Source: Takakia lepidozioides
Lineage: Eukaryota; Plantae; Bryophyta
Length of the DNA stretch: 64,000 nucleotides
Assembly: GCA_030704615.1 (NCBI GenBank)
Contig: CM060734.1
Location: 5,580,001 to 5,644,000, forward strand
Direction: 5' to 3'
The notes under the pieces are model-generated. The model was not told where the DNA came from, searched no databases, and was given only the letters and a program-made list of their open reading frames with translations. Each line of letters begins with the position of its first letter. Position 1 is the first letter of the stretch. A program made the position numbers and the translations under genes. Shown in pieces: positions 47,101 to 59,915 of this stretch.

Positions 47101-50100
47101 GAGATGAGGAGAAGACCGCGTGCAAGAAAGATATGGTTCGTATGAGTTCTTGGTGATGCCTTTTGGGCTCACCAATGCACCCGCGACCTTTAGCACGCTA
47201 ATGAACAGCCTTTTCCAGGAGTGGTTGGATGACTTTGTGATCGTATACATTGACGACATACTGGTGTACTCGAAAACAAAAAAAGAGCATCTGGAGCACC
47301 TCAAAAGGGTGTTCCAGAGCGGGAAGGGAAGCTGTATGCCAAAGCTTCAAAGTGCGAATTCGGGGTCAGAAAAGTGGAGTTCCTGGGGCATGTGATTACA
47401 CATGATGGGATCAAAATGGATGACAGAAAAGTGAGAGCGATCTTGGACTGGGAGCCTCCGACTTCGGTCCCGGGAGTGCGATCATTCCTAGGACTCGCCT
47501 CCTATTACCGGAAGTATGTGAGAAATTTAACCAAGATCGCGGGGCCGATGTCAGACCTTTTGTGTAAATCCAAAGTCTGGGTATGGAACACCTTTTGTGG
47601 CCAAGCTTTTGCCGAGTTGAAGAGCGGATGGCGGAAGCCCCGGTCCTCAAAATCCCGGAGTTCGACCGTCCATTTGAGATTCATACGGATGCATCGGACT
47701 TCGCAATAGGGGGTGAACTCATGCAGGATCGACGTCCAGTGGCTTACAAAAGTAAGAAATTGAATGAAGTGGAGCGACGGTGGCCTACGCATGAGAAGGA
47801 AATGAAGGCGGTGGTGCATTGCCTTGAGCTTTGGCGCCACTATGTTGGTTCCAACCCGGTGAAGGTGTTCACGGACAATGTCACGATGAAGTATTTTGCC
47901 ACGCAGCCTAAGTTGTCCCCAAAACAACTTAGGTGGCAAGATACTTTGGCGGTGTTCGACGTGGATATCCAATACAAACCGGGACGGGACAATGTGGTGG
48001 CCGATGCTTTAAGTAGAAAGCAGCAGCTCAAGTTGGTGTACAGGGGCGAGACGACGCTCCAAAGGAAGATCCGGAAGGCTTACCGGAAGGATGAGATGGC
48101 GAAGTCTGTGATGCGGGACTTGAGGATGGGGGTTAAATTGCAGTTCCACTTGCACAATGGACTACTCTGGTATAAGCAAAAGGGCCTCTACATGTCGAAG
48201 GGAGGGATCAGAGATAGTCTCCTGAGATAATGCCATGATGGCCCGCTTGCGGGCCACGGCGGAGCCAAGCGCACCGTGACACTCTTGAAGAAAGAGTATT
48301 TCTGGCCCAAGCTAAGGGAGGAGGCCGAGGAGTATGTCAAGACATGCACCACATGCCAACAAAACCGAAGCGAGTACAAAAAGCAAGCGGGGCTATTACA
48401 ACCCTTGTCGATTCCAGAGGGGTCTTGGGAAAGTGTCTCGATGGATTTCATGACTGCTATGCCGCTGTCAAAAGGATTCGATGCGATCATGGTGGTGGTG
48501 GATAGGTTCAGTAAAATGGGCCATTTCATCCCCACCAAGGAGACGGCAACAACGCAGGAGACGGGGCGACTTTACTTCGCCCACGTCTTCAAGCATCATG
48601 GACTCCCGAAGGATATTGTCTCGGACCGCGATCCAAAGTTTACGAGTAATTTTGGAGGGCACTTTGGAAGAAGACGGGGACGAGGCTCAAGATGAGCACC
48701 GCCTTCCGACCTACGACGGACGGCCAAACGGAAAGAGTGAATTCCGTGGTGAAGCAGATCTTGCGGAATTACGTGCCGGCAGACCAAACAGACTGGGTGG
48801 AGCACTTGGACGCGACAGAGTTATGTTATAATAGCACAAAACACTCTGCAACGGGAGTTTCCTCTTTCGTATTGGTCTATGGAAAAGCACCTCTGGTGCC
48901 GACAAGTTGGGCCGCCCAAGACGTTGAGGAACCGGCAGCAGCAGCGGTGCTGGAAGAACGCGAGCGTTTGTTGAAGCTCGCAAAATACAACATTGCCAAA
49001 GCTAGGAAACGGTATGAACAGCAGGCGAATCGGAAGCAGAGGGAAGTTAAGTTTGAAGCAGACACGGAGGTCTGGTTGAACATCAAGAATTTCCGACTAC
49101 CTCCGGAAGTGAGTCCGAAGTTTGTACCTCCGTATGCGAGACCCTTTCGCATCCGGAAAGTTATGAATGAGGATGTGTATGAATTGGAGCTGCCGGCAAA
49201 CAGCAAGGTGCATCCGATATTCCACGTCTCCCTTTTGAAGCCGTACTTCAAAGATGAAGCGCGTCCGAATCGACATCAAGTGTTGCGTCCGCCACCTGTG
49301 CTGTTGGATCATGAAAATGAACCTAAGTACGAGGTGGAGGTAGTGCTTAAGTCGAGGAGGTTCAAGAATCGAGAAACGGAGTATCTCGTGAAATGGAAGG
49401 GCTATCATCATTTGGAGGCATCTTGGGTGCGTACCTCAGAAATGAGGAACGCATCCGAGGCGGTTGCAGCTTTCGAAGGGCGACCTCGAAAGCGGAAGAA
49501 GCGTTGATGGGGACATCAACCTTGGATCGTAGGGGAGGAAATGCATGCTTAGCCCGGCTTAGCTAGCTCAGGAATCCGATTGCAAAAACTTGTATTGTAC
49601 AAATTTTGTTATAAATGAAATGGTTTTCAAATGTTGTGCATCATATTTTGTTTGGAATGGTGATGCATAGTATGGTTGGCTAGTGTGTAGAATGCATGCT
49701 AGCTTACAAAAGTGGGAGAGGTAAATTGGATTAATCATGTGTTTGCGTAGTGTCGAAATCGGGTGACTCCCATCCAAATGGCAAAGAAACTTGCGCCTTC
49801 CTTGGGGAGTTCACGTGCTAGTGCGCACTTGGCGTGTGCGCGTACTATAACTGCGCTACCGAGGGGGTTGCCTTGTAGTGCGGGCTAATGCGGAAGCTAT
49901 GTGCTTCCGTTCATGTACTATAATCGTGTAGCCTCGGGACGAAGTCGTAGTGCAACTTCGGCGTGTTCCCGTACCTCAGGCCAGCATTCCAAGGCGGACC
50001 CAATTGTAGTGATTGGGGCGCATGGTTAGTTCAAAGTTATCTTCCTAGTAAAAAAAGGGTTCAAGGTGAACCCTGGTTCAAGGTGATGCCAAAAGTGGCA

Positions 50101-51140
50101 TCATGAGCGGTCGCAAACAATGTTGTTGCAGTAAGGCGATTCGATCCTCGTGGAGGATCATTCCTTGGCCTTGGAGTAGGCCAAGAAGAGTGCAATGGGA
50201 GGAGCTTGAGAGGCTCCACCCTTGGTCGGGACTTGGAGGAAGTCGGCCGAACTAGCTAGTGGAGAGTAGAGTATAGTGTGGGGTTTGGTTCTTTGCCATG
50301 GGACGCCATGGTGCGGAAACAAACTCCTTGATGTGGGACGCCACAACTTGGATGTTCGTTTTTACGAAATGGACAAGTCGATGAGGACATCGACTCCCTG
50401 TTGGTAGGGGTGTGTGTCGCGGCCCTTTGCCTTGAGGGCATGGGGTCGAGACGTAGGAGGGGCTGCCCCTGTGGTGGGGGCAGTGGCAGCGATAGGTACG
50501 GGGGGCGGAAGCACCCTTGAGTGCCCAAGGCACTCAAGGAGGCGGAGGCGCTCACTAGGTGGAGCCCCGCACACCGGGTTGCGGTGGGGGTGGCTCCACA
50601 AGGGGTGGTGGTAGCTTAGCGGGACTTAGTGGGGGTGACATAGGACTCACCATGGGGCGGAGACCTTGTGGTGGGAGTCTTGGGAGTCTTGGGATTCATC
50701 ACGGTCCAATGAGACCGTGGTGGGTGGGCCAAGACTCACTTCGACTCATCACCGGGAATCGAGGGTCTTCGTGGTGGTTCGCCATAAAATGGCATGGTTG
50801 TTTGTGAAACCCCTCGCGGACAGTCACAAAAGTATATATAGGGAGTAGTAACCCCTAGAACGGTGCAAGCCCGTTGGTGACAAAAAACTAGTGAGTAAGC
50901 GAGCGAGCCGGAAAGCGACCAAGGAGTGGAGAGCTATTCCGAACTGCCATCTTCCAAAGCGAATTTCCACTAGGCCCAAATTGGTGGAGGGTCTGTTGGG
51001 GGAGAGAAGGGGGACCGTTATGTCCCGGTGAGCAGCCGAAGCTCCGAGTTGGCCCGGCGGCCAGGTTGGAAGTTAGGCGCGCGCATCAAAGCGAGTAACT
51101 ATGACTTGAAGGGGAGCTTACCAAAGTGAGGTGCGCGACA
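44172..51140 (+). mobile_element. Full-length Galadriel-type chromovirus (Ty3/Gypsy)
   Basis: LTRs 44172-44897 and 50415-51140, PBS 44900-44911, PPT ~50403-50414, TSD CAGGG/CAAGG (one mismatch), long 3' UTR. Confidence 0.96.
44953..49507 (+). pseudogene. pol: gag-pol with C-terminal chromodomain
   Basis: VDTGA, YIDD, TDASD, integrase, and chromodomain YEVEVVLKSR...YLVKWKGY...ASW; several stops and frameshifts. Confidence 0.95.
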
Positions 51141-52281
51141 CAAGGCGTAGTGCAAATTTGCAGAGAGAGAGAGAGGTTTGTCGTGACAGAATTTTTCGAG
51201 ATTACTTCAGTGCTTCACCATTCTACGATGACAAAATGTTTCGACGACGCTATAGAATGAGGCGAAGCTTGTTTCTATGAATATTGGAGAGAGTTTGTGC
51301 CCATGATTCATATTTTGTGCAGAAAAGAGATGCTACTGGGATTCTTGGCTTGTCATCGATTCAGAAATGCACAGCTGCACTGAGGATGTTTGCATACGGA
51401 GTTGCAGCTGATGCGACAAATGAGTACTGTTGTTTGGGGGAGAGCACAGCCATGGAAGCCATGAAACGATTCGTGAGAGCAATTAGAGGAATTTTTTAGG
51501 GGAACTATTTGAGGTAGCCAACGCAGGAAGACCTCTTGAAACAATTGAAAATTAATGAGGAGAGGGGATTTCCAGGGATGTTCGCGTCTATTGATTGTAT
51601 GCATTATAGGTGGAAGAACTGCCCTGTTGCTTGGCAAGGCCAATTCCAAGATAAAGGCAAGAGCAGATCCATTATACTCGAAACTGTTGCAGATCAATCT
51701 CTATGGATATGGCATGCTTTTTTCGGGCTACCAGGAGGAAACAATGACGTTAATGTTCTCGACAGGTCCCCTCTAGTTGCAAATTTGTTGAAGGGGGAAG
51801 CCACAGACATGAGTTTGTTGTTGTAAATGGGAACTCATACCCACGATATTATCTACTGGCAGATGGCATATATCCGAGATGGAGTATTTTTGTGCAAACC
51901 ATTCACGAACCTCAAGACTTGAAACGACAACACTTCGCGAAGATGCAGGAATCAACAAGAAAGGATGTAGAGAGGTGTTTTGGTGTCCTTCAATCCAGAT
52001 TTGCAATCATTCAAAATCCTTTTAGGCAATGGGATACGGGTACAATCACAGACATTATGATAGCTTGTATGATTCTACACAACATGATTATAGAAGATGA
52101 GAGTAGTTCAAATCTGGAGGCTTTATTTGATGGTAGTAGTGGCACACAATTGAGGCGAGGGTTGTCCTTTGAAGCCTACAAGTAGGGAACTGAAGAATTG
52201 GAGAACACGGAGACGCATTTCACTCTCAGGATTGACTTAATCGAACATTTGTGGGCTTTGAAAGGCATCAATTATCATTGA
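51141..52281 (+). pseudogene. Harbinger DDE transposase (5' part at ~44020-44171)
   Basis: DYF...FRRRYRMRRSLF; RGFPGMFASIDCMHYRWKNCP; GNNDVNVLDRSP; YLLADGIYP; RKDVERCFGVLQSRF; ACMILHNMIIEDE; premature stops. Confidence 0.95.
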
Positions 52282-52479
52282 AATGAAAAGCGTTGATTGA
52301 TATGCAAATCGCACTCAATCCTCACCATCTTTGGCCTCCTCTCCTACATGTTCATTTGTGGCTTCTCCCTAATATGTCGTAATTGTTCCATATCAACTTC
52401 AAAAGAATATCACACAAAGATATATCGCACCCTATCATGATTGGAAGGGGCAAAATATGAAACTAATAGGCTTATGTTG

Positions 52480-54530
52480 CAAAGACCTAATTTGATCACA
52501 TCAATTTGGATTGATGTGAAACTTAAAACCAGAGTTAGATAATAAAAACACCTTTCCAATGACATATCATACACTACCATGTGTGGAAATCACAAGAACC
52601 AAGAGACCAAGATGTCAAGCAAGGTCAAACTGCCACAAGCAAACAACATGAAATGGAATGGGGTCAGCTTTTGGGACCTACAAAATTGACATCAACTTCG
52701 ATTGCAATGAGACTTGAAACCAGAGTTAGATAATCAAAACAACTTTCCAATGACATATCACACACTACCATGAGTGGAGATCACAAAAACCAAGACACCA
52801 AAATGTCAAGCAAGGTCAAACTGCCACAAACAAACAACATGAAATGGAATGGGTTCAGCTTTTGGGACCTACCAAATTGACATCAACTTTGATTGCAATG
52901 AGACTTAAAACCAGAGTTAGATAATCCAAACACCTTTCCAATGCAATATCACACACTACCATGAGTGAAGATTACAAAAACCAAGAGACCCAAATGTCAA
53001 GCAAGGTCAAACTGCCACAAACAAGCAACATGTAATGGAATGTGGTCAGCTTTTGGGACCTATCGAATTGAAATCAACTTAGATTGAAATGAACCTTAGC
53101 AGAAAAGTAAGATAATCCAAACACCTTTCCAATGCCATATCACACACTACCATGAGTGAAGATTTCAACACATAAGAGACCCAAATGTCAAGCAAGGTCA
53201 AACTGCCACAAACAAGCAACATGAAATGGAATGTGGTCAGGTTTTGGGACCTACCAAATTGAAATCAACTTTGATTGAAATGAGACTTAGCACCAAAGTT
53301 AGGTAATCTAAACACCTTTCCAATGACATATCACACACTATCAAGAGTAAAGAGCACAAAACATAAGAGACCAAAATGTCAAGGAAGGTCAAACTGCCAC
53401 CAACAAGCAACATGAAATGGAATGTGGTCAGCTTTTGGGACATACCAAATTGAAATAAAATTAGATTTCAATGAACCTTAGCAGAAGAGTTAGATAATCC
53501 AAACACCTTTCCAATGACATATCACACACTACCATGAGTGAAGATTTCAAAAAATAAGAGACCAAAATGTCAAGGAAGGTCAAACTGCCACAAACAAGCA
53601 ACATCAAATGGAATGGGGTCAGATTTTGGGACCTACAAGATTGACATCAACTTGGATTGAAATGAAACTTAGCACAAAGTTAGATAATCCAAACACCTTT
53701 CCAATGACATATCACACACTATCAAGAGTGAAGAGCACAAACAATAAGAGACCACAATGTCAAGGAAGGTCAAACTGCCACAAACAAGCAACATCAAATG
53801 GAATGGGGTCAGATTTTGGGACCTACAAGATTGAAATCAACTTGGGATTCAATGAGACTTAGCATAAAAGTTAGATTATCCAAACACCTTTCGAATGACA
53901 TATCACAAACTATCAAGAGTGAAGATCACAAACAATAAGAGACCAAAATGTCAAGGAAGGTCAAACTGCCACAAACAAGCAACACCAAATGGAATGGGGT
54001 CAGATTTTGGGACCTACAAGATTGACATCAACTTGGATTGCAATGAAACTTAGCACAAAGTTAGATAATCCAAACAAATTTCCAATGAAATATCACACAC
54101 TATCAAGAGTGAAGAGGAGAAAAATAAGAGACCAAAATGTCAAGGAAGGTCAAACTGCCACAAACAAGCAACATCAAATGGAATGGGGTCAGATTTTGGG
54201 ACCTACAAGATTGACATCAACTTGGAATTCAATGAGACTTAAAACCAGAGTTAGATAATGTAAACACCTTTCCAATGACATATTACACACCACCCTGAGT
54301 GAAGATCACAAGAAAAAAAAGACCAAAATGTCAAGCAAGCTCAAACAATGTGAAGGGAATGGGGTCAAGTTTTGGGATCAAACAAGCTTCACATCAAATG
54401 GGTGTGCAATGAAATTTGAAATGCTGAGTTAGGAAACCAAGCTATCTTGCCAAAGACATATCACAAACTTGAATTGATAGAGTCGACAAGATACAATAGG
54501 CCACCTTGTAAAGCATGGTCAAGCTGCCTT
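52480..54530. repeat. Tandem array, ~190-191-bp unit, ~10-11 copies
   Basis: AGGTCAAACTGCCAC recurs at ~52622, 52813, 53004, 53195, 53386, 53577, 53767, 53957, 54147, with degenerate copies beyond. Confidence 0.95.
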
Positions 54531-54579
54531 GAATGGCTAACTTCATGAAATGGTCTAATTTGCTCCTATGCTCTCTAGT

Positions 54580-55533
54580 CTAGTCTGTGATGTTCCTCTC
54601 TTGTGTCTGGTCAAGTTCATCGCTCACATCGATGCTAGGAGCCCTCAAATTCACCAAAGGATCGGCTTGTGATAAGGTGGATAGTTTGAGCTGAGCTCTC
54701 AACTTTTGGAGCTCCTCGGATCTGCGCAATTTGAAGTACTCTTTGGCTTCTTCAGACACCAACTGCTCCTCCGGCATTGTGAAAAGTGCCATGGTGCTTT
54801 GCTCTTCCAGGATAGCAACCTTCTTCAGAGTTGCAGCTGCCATGTCTGCAGTTGCCCTTGCCTGAGCCCTCATTGCACACTTCTTGAGCTTCTGCATTTT
54901 TTCAGACTCTTTGGCAGTTTTTGATCCCTGTGGCCTCTTTGGTGCAATGCTAGAGTTGAAATTCTCTGCATCTAGAATTTCCACCTCACCGGTGTCAAGG
55001 TCAGTAGAAGCACTACAGGTTTTACGCTTCATGGGTGGTGTTTTCTTGACCTCCTCCCGTGTATCAGCCCAACGAGGCACATCCTTCAAAACCAGCCAGC
55101 AGTGTATGAAGGTGAAGCTGTGGGCTTTTGGGTGCTTCGATTTGTACAAATCAAGAGCTTTCTCTAAGGTGTCCTCTGCAGTTGTTCCAGATTCACACAA
55201 AGCCACGACAACTTGGTAGTTACCCACAAATTTTGCGACGTCGTGGTTGATAATCCCCCACTTGGATTCCAATGACCTGGCTGGTCTCTCCGCACCATTT
55301 GCAGGCCTATTGTTGTTGTAGTGCTCTTGTATCATATCCCAGAAGGTTGTGTTTTTCCGCCCATTCCCTGTCACTGGATCCTGCGAGATGTAAAGAAAAG
55401 AGCAGCAAAGTTGTCGTTCTTCCTCGGCCACAAAATTCTTCCCCTTCTTCCCTCTCGGTGCCGCTGAACATGTTTCTGGAGCTACAGGTGACGCCATAGA
55501 TTCCGCCATAGACTCTCCCGCCAAGCTGCCCAA
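54580..55533 (-). CDS. Harbinger Myb/SANT-like (NAM-associated) DNA-binding protein
   Basis: NFVAEEERQLCCSFLYISQDPVTGNG...FW...RSLESKW...FTFIHCWLVLKDVPRW...KRPQGSKTAK; open 317-aa frame. Confidence 0.9.
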   Translation of the reverse strand: MGSLAGESMAESMASPVAPETCSAAPRGKKGKNFVAEEERQLCCSFLYISQDPVTGNGRKNTTFWDMIQEHYNNNRPANGAERPARSLESKWGIINHDVAKFVGNYQVVVALCESGTTAEDTLEKALDLYKSKHPKAHSFTFIHCWLVLKDVPRWADTREEVKKTPPMKRKTCSASTDLDTGEVEILDAENFNSSIAPKRPQGSKTAKESEKMQKLKKCAMRAQARATADMAAATLKKVAILEEQSTMALFTMPEEQLVSEEAKEYFKLRRSEELQKLRAQLKLSTLSQADPLVNLRAPSIDVSDELDQTQERNITD

Positions 55534-56834
55534 ACATCACCAATGACACTTACAGGCTGTGCGAGGCTCCCTCTATCGTGCGCAAAAGTGGAGGCCGGAG
55601 CGATGATTTTCGCCGGGGCCTGCTTGACATATGCCGTGTGGAGTCACAGGTGGGGGTCGCCGAAGGGCACTGCGGAGCCCTGGCACGACAAGTTGCCGTT
55701 GGCGTGACATTTGGTGTACCCCGGTGGAGATGCTCTAACCCCCGTACATCTACAGAGGTCCCACCTGCATACTCCCCACCATGTGCCAGGGATCATCCAC
55801 TTCTACAGCCATGCGTCACCACCCCCCTTCATGACCATCCGGACCCCCTTACCTACAACCCCTCTTGTTATCATCCGCCTGACACAAAAATCCGTCATTT
55901 ACACACCTCCACGCCAAACCACCCATCTCCCATCAAATCTAGCATGGTCACCACATCATCGCAAAGTGACGAATACTCTTCATCCATCCCACCCAAAACC
56001 ATGGGCTGTATGGGGATGGGAACAAGTGCGGCCAAAAGATGTGTTTGCGTTGGTGGCCCATGTATTGGGCGTACTGGATGGCAAGGTGTTGTGAGGGCAT
56101 TGGCAGGGGCATTGAGGTGGGGGGGGGGGGGGAGCATTCGTGTGTGGAGGACTAGATCTATGGTTGTCACAGGAGCTGTTCTTAGTGGAGAAGGATTTGG
56201 TAGTTAATGGGGGGACCAAGTCTGGGGGTACTTGTTATGAAGGTAGGGGCTGTATAGAGGAGATCTTGAATGTTGTTGGTACCATATGGCAGCCATTGTG
56301 TGTTGGGGTGTAATGCTCCCAAGACCAAGCTTATTCTATCATAAGCTACATAGAAGCCCATCCTAAAAGAGAAGTGGGGAAGGAGAAAGGATATAAGGGA
56401 CGTGGCCCTCCCTTGCTATTATGATAAAGAATCTAGTTTGAGAGTTTTTTAACATTTTTACTCATTAAACTAAATTTTATGTACTTTATCAACCTACCAA
56501 TAACATCCATTTTCATAAAGTCCTTTACAATATGAAAACCAAAACACCCCATGAACTGTCTTCATTAAATATAACCATTTATTATAGATGAAGGGTGGGC
56601 CAAGGTCAAATTTTAAAAAAACATGTACTTTTGTGATTATGGTTAAGTTTGGATTACGTCACCAACGACACGTGACGGCATATAGCCTCCATAACATCTT
56701 TCTTTTTCCCATTTGAAATGACAGTATCCCAACAATAGATGTTCCACATGATATAGTGCAAGTGAATCCATGTTTTGGTTTTTTTTCACGATTTTTGTTT
56801 TTTTATCTTATGTACTTTTATGTAGGCCACATCT

Positions 56835-58030
56835 TCAACTTTTTGGTCCACTCTTTGTTGCAACTACCCAGGTGGTGTCATAGTTTTGGCTACATTGTGG
56901 AGGGGAGGCTGTATTGGGGCATATGAGTAATGTATCTGATAAGGCCAGGGTATAGTGTGGGTAGTAGGGGATGCCTAGTTTGGGTGTGGGCGTTAGGAGC
57001 AGTTTTGTATATATCATGTGTTGGGTGAGGATATAGCCATGTAGATGATGATATGGTGTTAGGCATTTTTTATCGGTCTGTTGATTGATTGGATGTATGT
57101 GTTGCAGGGGCGTTGGAGGTCTCTCAGTGGGGTGTAGCCTAGGCAGGAGGAAGTTCGGTTTTCGGACGAATAAGTTTTGCGAGGGGTAGTGGTATATGGG
57201 GGGATCTCTGGTGAATTTGTATTGTGGGTCTGTTGGGGAGGTGTATATGTGGATGATCTTAGTGGGTGTGGGGGTGAGCAGGTTGTGGTGGGATGGCCAG
57301 GTACATTTTACAGTGTGCAAAGCTAGAGTTATAAACGAGGGTGTGCCCCACGGGCAGTGGTTAATATGGAGAACGCAGTAGCTTGGTGGATCGGATCTTT
57401 GGGAATTTTGTACAAGGGGCCTGGGTAGAAATGCATGCCCATCTTTGAGTGGATACAATTTTGTGATTAGTTGATTTTTAGAGAGAGTGACTGAGAGAAA
57501 GATGCCATCATAGAGAGGTGTGGCGTAGTGAATCATGTTTCTAGAGTGATGGTATGACGCTGGTAAAAGATAACTGAGGTGATCTCGTGTCTGGGACCTG
57601 GAGAGCAGGTCATCCAGTACCACAAAGTACTGCGTAGGTGGATTGGCAATGGCCTGGTGTTTTGACTGAAAAGAGAACATGGAATGAGGGTCCCACGAAG
57701 TGGGATAATTCTGTTTTTTTTAGTATGTAGGTGTAATGAGCTTGAATTGGAGCGTAGGCTCCTTTGGTATGGCCTTTGTGGTCTCTTACACTTGGCTCCT
57801 GCCAGATCCGTGGGTGATAGTTGATCACAGTGGGTGGGGGTATCTCTTCCATGAAGTATATCAGACTGAGCTCCAGGTGAGCTCGTTTGGGGGTAGTGAA
57901 AACGAGTGTAGAATGTCACTGCAGGGTAAAGACAAAGAGAGAGGTTAGATGTGACTCCAAAGGTGTGACTAGGATGTAGAGGGGGTGACATAGGAATTTG
58001 TAAGCAAGCTAAGTGTTTGTTGGATTTGTG
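56835..58030 (-). pseudogene. Unidentified LINE-like coding remnant
   Basis: Same strand skew, 281-aa ORF, no recognised domain. Confidence 0.25.
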
Positions 58031-59915
58031 CGCCGCGTCAGTGGTGGCTTTGGTTGGCCAGAAGTGGTTAGAAAGTTTATGGTGCAGTATATCGGATTGA
58101 GTCCATTTTTGTATGTGTACTTTGGTATGGCTGATGGAGGTGGCAGCTTGTTTGTTTGCTTCTTTGGTCAAAGTGGTCAAAAGATTGCGGACTGGTCTAG
58201 GTGCAGGGGGGTCTGGGACTGGGTGTATGAACCAGAACAGGTGGGTGTGTGCGATGTGGATAGGATCATTTGTTGGTATTACTGGGGGTTGGGAAGCACC
58301 GAGTTGAGCGAGTAAGTCTGCTTCCTCATTGCCATGAATACCAGTGTGTGAGCGGACTTTGAACAGATGTATTGGGTGGTTTATAGAGGTGGCTTTTTGA
58401 ACAATGGCGGCAATAAGGTTACGGTCGGGGTGATGATGTTGGGAAGAGGGGCGGGAGACGTGGTTACGGATAAGATATAGGGAGGTGAGGCTGTCAGTGA
58501 AGATATAGTATGGGGAGGGGGGAAGGCGTCGAGCAGGGAGATACCATCGTGGATGGCCATAAGTTCCGCTCATAGAATGGTGGCAGGGCCAGGGAGCCGT
58601 TGCAAGGGCAACCCCCTGACCGTTGCCGGCATGGTAAATTCTATATCCTGCAGTATGGTTGGTAAGGGATCCATCAGTGTAATGTGAGTTTGCTGGGGGA
58701 TATTTGAGGGTGGTGTTTTGTTGATATATTGAAGGAAGGGGAGGAGGGGGTGTTGTTTGTGTTACGTGGGAGGGGCGCGGTTGCGTCATGCCCCAGGCTT
58801 TGTTTGTTTTGATCCGGAAGGGTGTGGTGGTTGCGCGGGTGTGGAGGGGTGTATCTGGGTAGTGGATGGTGGCCTTCATTTTATGAGTTATGGTTAATAG
58901 CTGCTCGAGCTGGTGACAGAAGGGTGTCGGTATATCTGTATGTAGGGGGTGCTGAACGTGTAGGATCAGGGTTAGGGTAGGTTATTTCCGTCTAAGGTAT
59001 TTGGTGAGAGGGGGGGTATGAGCATACTTAAGTTGATTTGGATCAATTGTGGCTAGTAGGTTGACCCCTACCGGGAGGCGTAGTAAAGGGTGGGAGGTAC
59101 TGGGTGTGTTTTGATGTGTGAGGATGAGGATTGTGGGGGTGGAGGGGGAAGAATGAGCTGCAAATCGTGCCCAGTGGAGGGCTTCGTGAGAAAAGGGGCC
59201 GGGGGGGGGGGGGGGGGGGGCAAAGCCCCTGCCTTCCCAGATGTGCTGAGTAGCACTGCCCGTGGCTCCAAAAATACAGTCTCGATGATGTGGACTAGAA
59301 AACGTGTTCAGTTCCATCGGACATGTCGGTGGGCTGGAATAATACGAGTGAGTGAGCTGAAAGGTGTTGATAAGTAAGGCAAAAATATCATGTGGTATTG
59401 TATGATGTGTGCATGCCGTTTCGAGTCTGGCGAGGGATCGTGGTTTCTTGGGAGGGGTGTCCTTGAGGTATCGGTCAACAAGCCAATATATTTCGGTAGC
59501 AAAGTATTGTTTCGGGGGTTGTAGGGAGTGTAATTGTGTGTTTGTAGCAGAGTATTTTCCCCATAGCCATGTGAGTCGGTTATTGGGGATGATCCCCATG
59601 AAGCAGCTGTGTGGAGCGTAGATATTGGAGAGACGGGGCCCATGTGAATAAGTGGTTGGTTATGCTTGACATCTTTGTCGGGATTGCATTCCGTTATGCA
59701 AATATGTACGTTGGGGGCGAAGAGCGGTTGGTGAACGTAGCGGTTGTCCGTGGGTTGAGTGGGGGTGGTGTGTTGATGATGAATATGTGTTAGATAGTCG
59801 GTGTTGGTGTGTTTATGGAAGGTGGTGAGAAGAGCTAGGTTATGGTCTGGGTCACAATTGAAATCTGCCACTCGGAGCACCCTGAACTGCTTAAAGGATC
59901 CATTATGGGTCATCT
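58030..59915 (-). pseudogene. Non-LTR retrotransposon (Dualen/RandI-like) ORF fragment with a PCIF1-like domain and RNase H
   Basis: RNase H: HYTDGS...IFTDSLTSL...KVRSHTGIHGNEEADLLA; upstream ITECNPDKD and YYSSPPTC...RDCIFGATGS...GRGFAPP motifs; frameshifted. Confidence 0.7.

Larger units (their letters stand above)
43827..55735. mobile_element. PIF/Harbinger DNA transposon
   Basis: TIRs GAGCATCTCCAACGG / CCGGTGGAGATGCTC (14 of 15 match), TAA TSD on both sides, convergent transposase and Myb-like ORFs. Confidence 0.95.

Noticed and set aside
52480-54530. CRISPR-like array
   Set aside because: The whole 191-bp unit is repeated; there are no unique spacers and no cas genes, and the context is eukaryotic.
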